DNA of 63,993 nucleotides, the filler included, from Catajapyx aquilonaris (taxonomy: Eukaryota): assembly GCA_000934665.2 (NCBI GenBank). It is 3 parts of 3 records of this genome, joined end to end, with 100 filler letters (N's around TTAATTAATTAA, not from the genome) between each part and the next. Parts side by side here need not be neighbours in the genome. Positions count along the whole stretch, not along the records: positions 21,595 to 43,422 come from KZ539462.1; positions 43,523 to 63,993 come from JYFJ02006253.1; 1 more part is not named here. The stretch is one strand, 5' to 3'. The notes below the pieces were generated by a model. The model worked only from the letters and a program-made list of their open reading frames with translations. It did no database searches and was not told the origin of the DNA. A program made the translations under genes and the position numbers. Position 1 is the first letter of the stretch; each line of letters starts with the position of its first letter. Shown here piece after piece: positions 38,201 to 47,388 of the stretch.

Positions 38201-40206
38201 AACTGATGACATTCAGATAAGGATGTAGGTTGGACCTGCTTTTTAACAAAAATTGGGTAATGAGTGCATCTAAAATAACACTTTAGTTTAAATGTACAAA
38301 TGAGCTGATCCTCCAGAATTGCAGTCCTGTATTTTCCATTTCCTCAACGATGATTTCATATAGCTAACCTTTAACATTGAGCTAAATGTGTGCAAATTGT
38401 CAGAAAGGAAGGCTGTGGGAACCTGCAGAATCTCACATTGTACTTGGATATCAATAGATTGCAATTTTCTCCCTGGCAGGTATTCAACATACCAGTGATA
38501 GTTTTTGGAGCCGATGTAACTCACCCATCTCCCGAAAGAAGGAGTGAATGTCCATCTGTGGCAGCTGTGTGCGCTTCTCTGGACCCAAAAGTGTCTTTGT
38601 TCACAACATGCATCAGGCTGCAGCCTGCAGGGCATGAGATTATTGCAGACCTTCAAGCAATTGTCAAGAGTATGCTCATGAAATTTTATAAGTGAGTAAT
38701 ACAATGATTGCAGGCTATACACATGTTAGAGAAGGTAGGAAATCAAGGTGCGTTTACTTGTCAGCGATTTAATTGCACGATGTCATCACTGGCGATAACA
38801 ACACGAGTAACCAGTATTGTTTGAGGCGAAAATCGATTGTTACTTTCAACTCAAACAATATTGGTTACACGACTCGGCAATGACTTTGCTCTGTTTCGCT
38901 TGTCAAATCACTCACTTGTAAACGGGGCTTTATTCTCTGAGGTGTGTGTGTGTGTGTGTTGTGTCTAGTGTAGATTTGATCCAATGCACATATGAAAAAT
39001 CTTACCGTGCAACATTACTGTATTTCAGCAATCAGAAATTTTCTACAGCATATTATTGGTAGCAATTGAATTTTACATGTTGAACTCACCCCAGGGAGGG
39101 GGTGGGATGGATAGTTTATAATTTTATTTTGATACGTTTTAATTTAGTTCAAATGTGGAGTTAACTTGCATCACCCTCATCGCTGACTACCCCTTATAGG
39201 GATATGTCGTGATGGTGTTGGTGTTGTTGTTGTTGAACTCACCACCCTCCCCCTCCCCCCTGTCCAGGAAAACTACCCAGCAACCACAGAAACTACTTTT
39301 TTTTCGTGATGGGGTCAGTGAAGGCCAGTTTGCTGAGGTGCTGAACAGTGAGCTGTCAGCAATCCGCAGCGCCTGCATCTCCCTTTCACAAACGTACCAG
39401 CCACACATCACATTTGTAGTGGTGCAAAAGAGGCATCACACACGCTTCTTCCCCGTGGATTCAAGGGATGCGGGGAGATCAGGAAATGTTCCACCTGGTA
39501 CAATTGTGGACCACACCATTACTCATCCCACTGAGCTGGACTTCTACCTTGTCAGCCATCAGGGAATTCAGGTTAGTGGGAGTTTGTAATCATACCTGAT
39601 ATATATTTGGTCAAGGCAAGTGGCTGCTGTGATTTCGTAAACCTCACGCACTCTGCATTAGTTGGGCTACATGTGAATTAAAATATAGTCCAGATGCACT
39701 CATATTTGGATGGGGTGTGCTGGGAATGTTGAAGTTGTAGTTGTGTTGAGGGGCATTTAGAGTTTAATCATGCATTAAATTATGCACATGCTGGCATAAG
39801 TGGCTTTACCATCCATAGGGTACGTCAAGGCCAACGAAGTATCACATCTTGTGGGATGACAGCAACCTGACTCCCGACGAGATTGAGAAGATTTCGTACT
39901 ACCTGTGCCACACATTTGTGCGATGCACCCGTAGTGTGTCGTACCCTGCACCAACCTACTATGCTCACCTGGCTGCATACAGGGGCCGAATGTACATGGA
40001 CAGGTTAGTTGGTTTTCAAGGCATTTTTAAATTCCCTGTCCTGTCGTCTGCTGGATGAAAATTCTTGATTCTGTATGTCACTTATGTGCATTTGCAGTGT
40101 CTTGGCAAGAGGTACGAGGTACAATGAAGGTGACTTGGCACGCTTGGCAACTAGCATTGCCATCAAAGATGAACTCACTTCAGCAGCTCCCATGCACTAT
40201 GTGTAG
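23177..40206 (+). CDS. AGO2: Argonaute-2 (siRNA/antiviral-type Argonaute), 12 coding exons, about 1081 aa
   Basis: Hand-built exons with GT-AG boundaries and consistent phases: 23177-23201, 23695-24056, 26061-26708, 28288-28630, 28885-29010, 32263-32504, 35837-36195, 36802-37132, 38480-38691, 39268-39571, 39819-40003, 40098-40206 (3246 nt). Start MGKKKPKK. N domain ([27 protein letters not shown]), L1 (PVGRSFF, GHFQSLR), PAZ (LPCLQVG..YIPPELC), MID ([22 protein letters not shown]), PIWI ([44 protein letters not shown]), ending PMHYV*. Divergence from miRNA-type Ago1 and the Q-rich N-terminus indicate the Ago2 clade. Confidence 0.95.
23737..23862 (+). repeat. Coding 18-bp tandem repeat (QAPPQP) in Ago2 exon 2
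   Basis: caggcaccgccacagccc repeated; about 7 units including variants. Confidence 0.9.
24145..24365 (+). mobile_element. tRNA-derived SINE, family A, 3'-truncated, in an Ago2 intron
   Basis: Homologous to the 2631 and 10637 copies. Confidence 0.82.
24920..25235 (-). pseudogene. Mariner transposase relic (C-terminal part)
   Basis: Minus-strand translation [10 protein letters not shown]...[20 protein letters not shown]...[16 protein letters not shown], matching HDNARPH, HPPYSPDLAPSD and KLVxRWxKC motifs, with frameshifts and stops. Confidence 0.8.
26160..26295 (+). repeat. Coding 15-bp tandem repeat (PPGMT) in Ago2 exon 3
   Basis: ccaccaggaatgacc units encode [40 protein letters not shown]. 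Confidence 0.9.
27514..27860 (+). mobile_element. tRNA-derived SINE, family B
   Basis: Homologous to 22676; (ATT)n tail; TSD atattctaat.aatt. Confidence 0.85.
29048..29828. mobile_element. Kolobok/T2-type non-autonomous DNA transposon in an Ago2 intron
   Basis: TTAA-aggaagggttcagtgattttg...caaaatgactgcacccttcct-TTAA; about 60-bp imperfect TIR; contains (GGTTA)3. Confidence 0.8.
29968..30259 (+). mobile_element. tRNA-derived SINE, family C
   Basis: Colinear with 1408-1696; TSD aactttttaa. Confidence 0.88.
30605..30865 (+). mobile_element. tRNA-derived SINE with a V-SINE-like central domain (family D)
   Basis: tRNA-like head (tggtgttatgcttagcacc..gccttcca..gagtttgatccc); core gttctctccgtattcgcgtgggttttctcgcggttctcctgtttcctcccac; tail cacggggta then (ATT)n. 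Confidence 0.75.
31065..31500 (-). pseudogene. Mariner transposase relic (N-terminal to first D) with a local inverted duplication
   Basis: Minus translation [25 protein letters not shown], a frameshifted WVPHxL-like motif, then [12 protein letters not shown] (compare FLxRIVTGDETW). 31065-31125 is an inverted copy of 31287-31346. Confidence 0.7.
32672..32952 (+). mobile_element. tRNA-derived SINE, family B (internally deleted)
   Basis: Homologous to 22676 and 27516; TSD attgagt.gttc. Confidence 0.82.
33789..33950. mobile_element. Tc1/mariner-type MITE, about 65-bp TIRs
   Basis: TA-cagtgctggccatatatggaggcaa...ttgcctccatatatggccggcactg-TA. Confidence 0.88.
34738..35412. mobile_element. Probable non-autonomous DNA transposon
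   Basis: 17-bp inverted termini aatggggaactagcctt / aaggctagttccccatt around a CpG-richer interior. Confidence 0.5.
37240..37600 (+). mobile_element. Tigger/pogo-type element left end resembling MER2/Tigger3
   Basis: TA-cagtggaccctc...gggattggttcc; tagattacttataatacctaatacaatg; ggaataatgacaag.aaaaaag; gttcagtacaga; ctaactacat. The blocks are colinear with the mammalian MER2 consensus as I recall it. Confidence 0.65.
37671..38123. mobile_element. TA-flanked MITE with nested internal inverted repeats
   Basis: TA-ctatcgggttcaaatacttttggcc...ggccgaaagtatttgaacctgatag-TA; internal hairpin of about 55-bp arms at 37929-38083. Confidence 0.8.
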
Positions 40207-40699
40207 GGTGCGTGTTTACCTTTAGGTTAGGCACAATGAAGGCTCACAGGTGGTTGAAATAGATTTGATATGTGGTTGTTCTCATTCAAGAAAAGTTTCG
40301 TTTTTCAGGCTAATGCCTATTTTGGTTTATATTACGTTTTGAAGAATATTTTCAGGATTATTTTCTCCTCTCAGCTAATAATGGTTATTTCTCATTAATT
40401 TTGCTTGGTTTCAGTTCGCACAATTGCAGTTTTAGTAACATTTCTGTTGTCTCAGAGAAAAAGGGGGTTAGTTCTTTCAGCAATGGAAATGCTTGTTCAT
40501 GTGCTAGAACTTTGGCCCAATCCCTACTCACTTGTGCACAGTTTCAGATAAATCTGAAGTAGACTATTGTAATTCTTTTCAACACATATGTAGTTTCATG
40601 GCTTCTTCATGGTTGAGTTAGTCTTTGTTAATACGTGTTAAACTGTGTAAAACTTTGTGGGGGTTTTCATATTTACAATTTGGAGCTTTGTAAAGTTCG

Positions 40700-40712
40700 A
40701 ATAAATAATAAA
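40700..40712 (+). terminator. Tandem AATAAA polyadenylation signals, probable Ago2 3' end
   Basis: AATAAA at 40700-40705 and 40707-40712, about 500 nt after the stop codon, followed by T/GT-rich sequence. Confidence 0.6.
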
Positions 40713-40932
40713 GATCAAAGAACTCGAATTGGTTTATGCATTTGTATGTGTATTTTCCCTTTCAGGATTTTAATGGGGTGATTTAATGCACCAAGGATTC
40801 AATTAGAGTGTGCCAGAGAAGATTACCTTTTAATTGGAAAGTAATTGAGGATGAAAAATCCTGAGGCTTCAGAATGTTGTCCATGTGCCGACTCATCTAC
40901 CCCTACCATTTTCAATCTGACCCCCACAGACT

Positions 40933-41207
40933 TTAATTTGGGGGCTTAACGTCTGCCTATTTCTGCCGCTAAGGCTAAACACCGACTCCAGGGGGTCCTC
41001 CTGGAAATTTGGCCACTCTGGGGATCTGTAATGTGCACTCGCGCAATGTCACAAGCTCACAGAACCGATGGCTTTACTTCCCCTCTGAAGGAAGGGTGAC
41101 TCGCACTTTTCTACCACCCAGAGAACATTCACCGACCTTGGCTGGGTTCGAACCCACAACTTGGGGACCAGAGGCGAGTGCGCTAACCACCAGTCCACCG
41201 GCGCCGG
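40933..41207 (-). mobile_element. tRNA-derived SINE, family E
   Basis: Minus-strand head ggtggactggtggttagcgcactcgcc...gggttcgaaccc; 15-bp TSD tgacccccacagact. Confidence 0.88.
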
Positions 41208-41393
41208 TGACCCCCACAGACTGGCGTGATGTCATTAAAGGACTGAGGTTCAGAAATAGGTCATGCTAAACTGGCTGATCTCTCTCCATAATAAAAGAGA
41301 AAGCCACTTACTCAGAGCAGTGGGCACCTGTAGTCAATAGTTCAATCAAATTTTAAACCCCTAGTTACTTTGCATTATTTGGCAATTGTATTT

Positions 41394-41804
41394 TTTTTTT
41401 TTTTTTTTTTAGATATACCCCGTGCTAGAGCCATGGGCTCTCTTAGGGGAGTGGAATACCACTATGTGCAGGGACAGGGTGGGGATAGGAGGGGGGGGGA
41501 CACTGGTGCATGTGCAATGTCATCAAGTTGGGGGTCGTGTGCAGTCCCTCAGGGGGCCCGTTCGCCAAGATGACCCCCTAGATGCGAGTTAGAAACCCCC
41601 GACTAACCCGCACCTCCTCCAGGACAGGGAGAGGAAGGAAGCGGCTGTGGCCTATTTTACGGTACGATCCCGGAAATTATTCCTGGGGCGACCTTGGAAA
41701 ACCACAGAAAACCAAGGTCAGGACCGCCGGCCTCCGGGACTCGAACCCAGGACCTCCCGATTAGCAGTCGGATACCAAATCCCCTCCGCCACTACTGCTT
41801 CGGT
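41394..41804 (-). mobile_element. Chimeric SINE (family C head, family A-like 3' body, poly-A tail)
   Basis: 16-bp TSD tttggcaattgtattt; head matches the 1408 copy; gggactgcaca.gaccc..acattgcac.tgcacc matches family A. Confidence 0.85.
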
Positions 41805-42174
41805 TTTGGCAATTGTATTTGCATCTGTACGATTGGCTGGCTGATTATTACAACTTCCACCCTTCTGTAGGTAGCGTATAACTTCATGATCAGCGCCTTT
41901 TTGGAAAACGGCCAATAAATGGAGCTAGTGTTAGAAGAATTCTGTGCATGATTTTAATGCTTGCCAGAATTTGGTATCAGGAAGGCCGTAATCAAAAATC
42001 TCCATCCCAGTTTAGTGTGGATCATGATACGCCCAACCTTGCTGAAATGAGGGAATTCCTGGTTATTAATAAAGTCATGAATTGGGTTCACACTATTGTT
42101 TATTTGCAGTTGGTGGTGGTGGTTGCAAGTAAATGATGAGTGTGGGAGTTGGCTTTGGCGATGACATTAGTTTC

Positions 42175-43422
42175 TTAGTAGGGGGTGGCGAAGGCGTTGA
42201 CGTGCTTGACGACGATGTCGACGAACTTCATGTTCTGGGTGAGGAAGGCCTGCTTGCCGTAGTAGTGGATGGGGCGGTCCAAGGGGTAGCCCATGCTCCT
42301 GGCGAAGGGGTAGGTGCCGTCGATGAGACCGCACTGGGCGTAGGTGGGCAGGTAGTGCTTGTCGGCCTTGACCACGACCTCCTTCTCGACCTGCTGTTCC
42401 TGCTGGAAGAAGCGGGTCTGCTGCTGGTACTGCTGCTTGTAGATTGGCTGCTGGTACAGGTACTGGTGGTGGAACTGCTCCAGGATCTCCCTCTCAGCGT
42501 CGGTGACCATGACCAGGAGGTTGAACTTCATGCCCTCGGGGGTTCCGCGGGGCAGCAGGAGGTGGTGGGGGATTCCGCAGCGGGGCTGGTTCTCCTGGAC
42601 GTAGAAGACGGTCTTTCCCTGCTTGGCGGCGACCACCTCCTCGATCAGCTGCCTGAAGCCCATGCTCTCGGGGACGGTCAGGCTGGAGTCCTGGGAGGAG
42701 CGGCGGATGACGGTCTCGCCCTGCTGGAGCTCGGTCACGAACTTGTCCAGCTCGACGTAGTGGTGGCGCTGCTGGCTCATGGGGATCTCGACGCCATAGT
42801 GGTCGTACATGGGAGCCATGAAGATGCGGACCAGGGCCTTCTTGGCCACTGCCGAGCGGACCTTGATCACGTACTGGAAGCTCTTGTGGTGCAGGCGCTG
42901 GACCTCCCACATGGGGCTCATCTGCTGCTGCTGCTGCTGCTCCTCCATGGAGTTGGCCAGGTCGACGTTGTACTTGTCCATGTAGGTGGTCAGCTCGTTG
43001 CGGGCCTCTCCCTCTCCGACAACCTCCACGGTCTCCACCTGGACACCGGGGAACTCGAGCTCCTCGCGGGTGTAGGGGGTCTGGTAGCTCTGGTAGCGGT
43101 GGAACAGGCGGTTGATGAGCTCGGCCACGCGGTAGTAGGCGGGGTTCCTCAGGTAGGTGTGGAAGTCGTTGGTCAGCATGCCGTTGAAGGGGTACTGCTG
43201 CTCCTCCTGGTTATTGTAGTAGTGCTGGTGTCCCATGGCCATCAGGGGTCCCTCCTGGTGGTTGAGGATCATGTGAAGGGCGTTGCGCAGGTTTCCGTAG
43301 AAGGTGGGGTTGGCGCTGTCCTCGCAGGCCTGGATCATCCTGCCCAGCACGTCCATGCCGTGGGTCTGGTTGAAGTAGATGGGCTGTCCGTAGACGTCGC
43401 GGGCGTATCCGGTGTCGATGGC
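42175..43422 (-). CDS. Hexamerin (hemocyanin-superfamily storage protein), 3' part only, truncated by an assembly gap
   Basis: Open frame from the gap edge (AIDTGYARD...GMDVLGRMI...FYGNLRNALH...LRNPAYY...PYTREELEFPGVQV...RLHHKSF...VELDKF...RCGIPHHLLLPRG...MGYPLDR) matches Hemocyanin_M/C domains. At the CuB site, HNxxH is RNALH and FxRLH is YYRVA, so two of three His are missing, as in hexamerins. Minus-strand AATAAA at 42104-42099. Confidence 0.9.
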   Translation of the reverse strand, partial: AIDTGYARDVYGQPIYFNQTHGMDVLGRMIQACEDSANPTFYGNLRNALHMILNHQEGPLMAMGHQHYYNNQEEQQYPFNGMLTNDFHTYLRNPAYYRVAELINRLFHRYQSYQTPYTREELEFPGVQVETVEVVGEGEARNELTTYMDKYNVDLANSMEEQQQQQQMSPMWEVQRLHHKSFQYVIKVRSAVAKKALVRIFMAPMYDHYGVEIPMSQQRHHYVELDKFVTELQQGETVIRRSSQDSSLTVPESMGFRQLIEEVVAAKQGKTVFYVQENQPRCGIPHHLLLPRGTPEGMKFNLLVMVTDAEREILEQFHHQYLYQQPIYKQQYQQQTRFFQQEQQVEKEVVVKADKHYLPTYAQCGLIDGTYPFARSMGYPLDRPIHYYGKQAFLTQNMKFVDIVVKHVNAFATPY

Positions 43423-43522
43423 NNNNNNNNNNNNNNNNNNNNNNNNNNNNNNNNNNNNNNNNNNNNTTAATTAATTAANNNNNNNNNNNNNNNNNNNNNN
43501 NNNNNNNNNNNNNNNNNNNNNN
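43423..43522. other. Assembly gap with artificial TTAATTAATTAA linker
   Basis: 44 N + 12-mer + 44 N; truncates the hexamerin on one side and a MITE on the other. Confidence 0.95.
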
Positions 43523-43763
43523 TGTTGTTGTTTACTTACAACGACGCGATGCGCCATAACCTGGCAACACCTGCGCGCCATCTATCAACAAAACAGTCCG
43601 CTCGACTAGCGCCTCTCGCGTGGCACGTCTGAGCGCACCCGTTCCTTGTCTATGAACCCCCTCTAGATGGCGTTTCCGGACACGGGTTCCTATGTCAAAA
43701 ATGCTTGTCTTGGTCCCCTCTATTACCCCTACAAGTTTGTCGATTGAATTCATTTACACCCTG
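43523..43763. mobile_element. Right arm of the 16394-16967 MITE family
   Basis: High identity to 16750-16935; ends caccctg-TA. Confidence 0.88.
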
Positions 43764-45240
43764 TATAGGGGGTCTTTCAGTTTGCCAGTCAGAGTCCGGC
43801 ATACTTTAACTATACCTAGGTACACTGATATTGGCTCATGACTCCTGTGGTCATACACTCAAGAGGGTCTATTTGTGTACTACCTATTTCCAATTTATTA
43901 TAACTATATGACATTAAACAACAATGTAACCTTCCCTTATTGAAACCTACGATCTATTGTTTTGAAAGAAATAAATAGGATGCGAATTGATAGACTAATG
44001 GTCAATTCACAAAGTTTTACTTCATTTGACGTTTTTCAAGCTAATGAGAATAAGCTTAAAGCTTCCTGAATTGTCCTAACATATCGGCTCATATTCCTAT
44101 TTCTCCCCTGTTCCAGCTTGTTGCTGGAAAATAATATCAAATGGATCGGTTTATTAAAATCCATCATTTACTTACATGACTATCCCCCCCCCCCCCNTAT
44201 CCCCCCCCCCCCCCTTGCACGTCTTTATATTTGTCCTTTTTGCATTCTCAAATCAAAGATGAGAATGATATGACTTGGAATATCGCTTGCAGAATATGAA
44301 ATCAAACGTGAATATAATTGCATCTGTGTAACCTGTTGAAACGCGGACTTATTTTGTCACAATCACACCGTGTAATGGGGCATCCAGGTCTTATTTACAA
44401 TCAAAAATAGACGCTTGAGCATATGCACATTCTTACTAACTAATAATGTGTGACGTACCTGATGAGTGTTGAACTGGAATTGAACAGGATTAAAACACAC
44501 GCGATGAAAAAATGTATACACTTGCTTTCGACCTGAAATTCGTCCAGGTCACGCGCCTCTCATTGAAACATTATTGCCTACTCTTTCTTGCCAACTTTAA
44601 AGATATCATGCTTTTTGCTTATATTTCTCAGTTTCGAGTACGTAAAGACTAAAAATGTTGGCTAGTTACGTCTAACGTAATGTTTTTGATGAGATTCCTA
44701 ATACTGTATTAATGAAAGTTCCTATATTATATCTTGACATCGCTATCCTGATGTTTCGAGACCGCCTGATTTTCTTTACCGCCTCGCAACAGCAGTTAGT
44801 AAGTCTTACGGCTCAAAATAACACCTAACTATTGCAATTATCAGCGGTACACTGCAGTCATTCCGCAGTGTCCACCACATGGTCTGAATTCTATATATCG
44901 CTCGGTCTTTCCGTGGTTTTATCCCATCAGTTGCTTTTCGATATCGTCGGTAGAATAAGCTCAAGTGGTCCACAAAGTTCGGGTTGAAAAAGACAACCTG
45001 GGCAACAATGTTCGGGGTCATCTTACATAACCTCTGAATCCCCCTCGCATCGCCACCGTATATCCGGATGCTTTTTCAGGGCCCTTCTCACCTTTTGACC
45101 TTCGAAGCATCGATAATCATGTGGCACGATGATGAGGCTAATGACACGTGAGGTGTATAGGCACACGCGACATATACCGTCATATCATAACCACATGATC
45201 AGAGTAATGTAGTCTTCTGTCCAGCGGTGGTCGTGCGGTA

Positions 45241-45351
45241 CAGGGTGTGCCTACTCAGGTTCCGGTCAAAGCCATCCCAATGAGAAGCCAAAAACACTAG
45301 TTTCGAAAACCCATACAGGACTACTTCCACGGTCCTTTTCGGCACACCCTG
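45241..45351. mobile_element. 111-bp mariner-type mini-MITE
   Basis: TA-cagggtgtgcc...ggcacaccctg-TA. Confidence 0.65.
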
Positions 45352-46820
45352 TACACTGGTGCCCTCGACGATTATGATAGTCAGGTTTGGTGTTGGCAGC
45401 CAATCAAAGTCCTCCATCCACGAATGAAGCACTGCACTGACTCTACATCTACAGGGGTCAACATGACCCCGGGGCAGAAAGGCCCCGACAAAAGGCAACA
45501 CTGTCTCGACTGACACCGTCTGGAGTGTCTGCAAATTGTCTATTGTCCACCGTCGTCGTTCAGGAGAGGAATGGGAAATGCATGTATCCAATAGAACAAA
45601 CTTGTTTCAAATGAGTTCAATGAAATTCACTGCAAAATATTCATGACAATATTATGAGGCTAACAGACGTATCGTTGATGAAAGAAGAAAATGTGGTAAA
45701 AGATGAGCTATGAGCTAAATAATTTAGCTCCTCTGCTCATGTGCTATCTTATTCTCACAAAGAAAACGTTTCAAAAGGTAGATGAAACTATAGCACTGAA
45801 GTGACTTATTATAGTTTGAAACATTCCTGGCAACTTAAAACATTCGCATTTCTGAACAAGTATAATATATAACCACCACTGAGAGTAGTAAGGTTGTGCC
45901 AGCCTTGAATCTTTTCTACCCACGGCCATCCAAAAAATTTCTGACTCCCTAGATACCAACTCACATTATCGCGACCTGCGTCCTCCTCACATCCCTGTCT
46001 ACTATTTTGATTTCCTCACCCCGATTAAAATCACTCGTTTACTGATCAACATTCGCCATAGTTCACCTAGTCTATCCTTGTTAGGACATAGAATTTATTT
46101 CGACAGTAAGTAAGTCTGTTCGTGGTGTCATTTTAAAAAAAAGAGCCCTTCTCACTATATGTCATTATTTACTAACATAATTATATGCCAACCATTCCTT
46201 TCGCGCACTCTCAGACACTCTTTTTGTCATCTGGACTCAGACTCTCCAGAGTTCCATCAATCATACTACAGAACTGATTATGGAAAGTATGATCTTTAAA
46301 AAATTAAATACATACATAAATAAATAAGGCCAGTTGTGATAGTATATACAGGGTGTATCTGAACTCAGTGCCCCGACGTATATGACTGCCTTCCTAGCCA
46401 CCAGAGGATCGATTTAAGTATAGGAGTCATATGTCTGGGCAGCCTCATTACTGAGATACACTCTTTAGCGATTTTTGCCTAATCGCTCCTTCTGACTTTT
46501 AAATAGAATTTTCTGGTGTAACTAGCCAAAGAGGCCTTACCACCTGTGGGCAACAAACCAACAAAGTCCGGCCCCCAGACCTTCCAGAGCCTTCTGACTG
46601 GGGGAGGGTTCGATGGGTGGCCTAACCGACAGGATATTTTGTACTACATGTGACACGGGCTGCATGACTATTGTAATTTACAAGACGGATTTACTCGGTT
46701 AGTCCTACCAAGAGCAGGTCCTACACACAAAAGAGGCAATGTAATTATGTCCTCCAAGTTGATTCTAGGCCATCATGCTCAATTTTAAATGCTGAATTTG
46801 CAAGTTTTCCTTTGTCCCGT

Positions 46821-46858
<38 letters not shown>

Positions 46859-47026
46859 CAGCAGCAGCAGCAGCAGCAGCTCATTGGGGGTAATGATGCC
46901 CTGCTTTGGAAGAACTTATATTGTCCGTGCGCTACCTGAATTTTAACATCGATTCCCATATTTCACTATACAATCAAATGCGCCTGATATATAACTAGCA
47001 GTGGCGGCTCCTGGTTCAATGATCAG

Positions 47027-47388
47027 GTCTTGACTAAGGTCTGGGGACGGAAGTCTGTGGTTTTACTGTAGCTGTGGGGACCAGTTCCAATTGTGGGGAC
47101 ATTTGTCGGTCCCCACAGTCTCACACACGCGAAGTGTACCATTACAGTGGGGACATGTGTAAATTAGTGGGGACATGTCCCCACTATTTTCATTTGTAGG
47201 GTTTCACAAAAGTCCATTTTTCTCAGCCTAGGTTACTTTGGGTAGGGTAGGTTAGGTAGGGTAGGGTAGGTTAGGTTAGGTTAGGTTAGGTTATGTTAGG
47301 TTATGTTAGGTTATGTTAGGTTAGGTTAGATCAGTTTACACTCGCAGTGAAAAGTGATCAATGTCCGTCCCCACGCCTTAGTCAAGAC
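47027..47388. mobile_element. Non-autonomous element with 25-bp inverted termini carrying a (TTAGG)n array
   Basis: gtcttgactaaggtctggggacgga / tccgtccccacgccttagtcaagac; TTAGG, GTAGG and TTATG units at about 47240-47329; repeated gtggggac motifs. Confidence 0.75.

Noticed and set aside
42133..43470. 445-aa plus-strand ORF
   Set aside because: Antisense shadow of the GC3-rich hexamerin; V/L/G/D-rich with no domain and runs into Ns.
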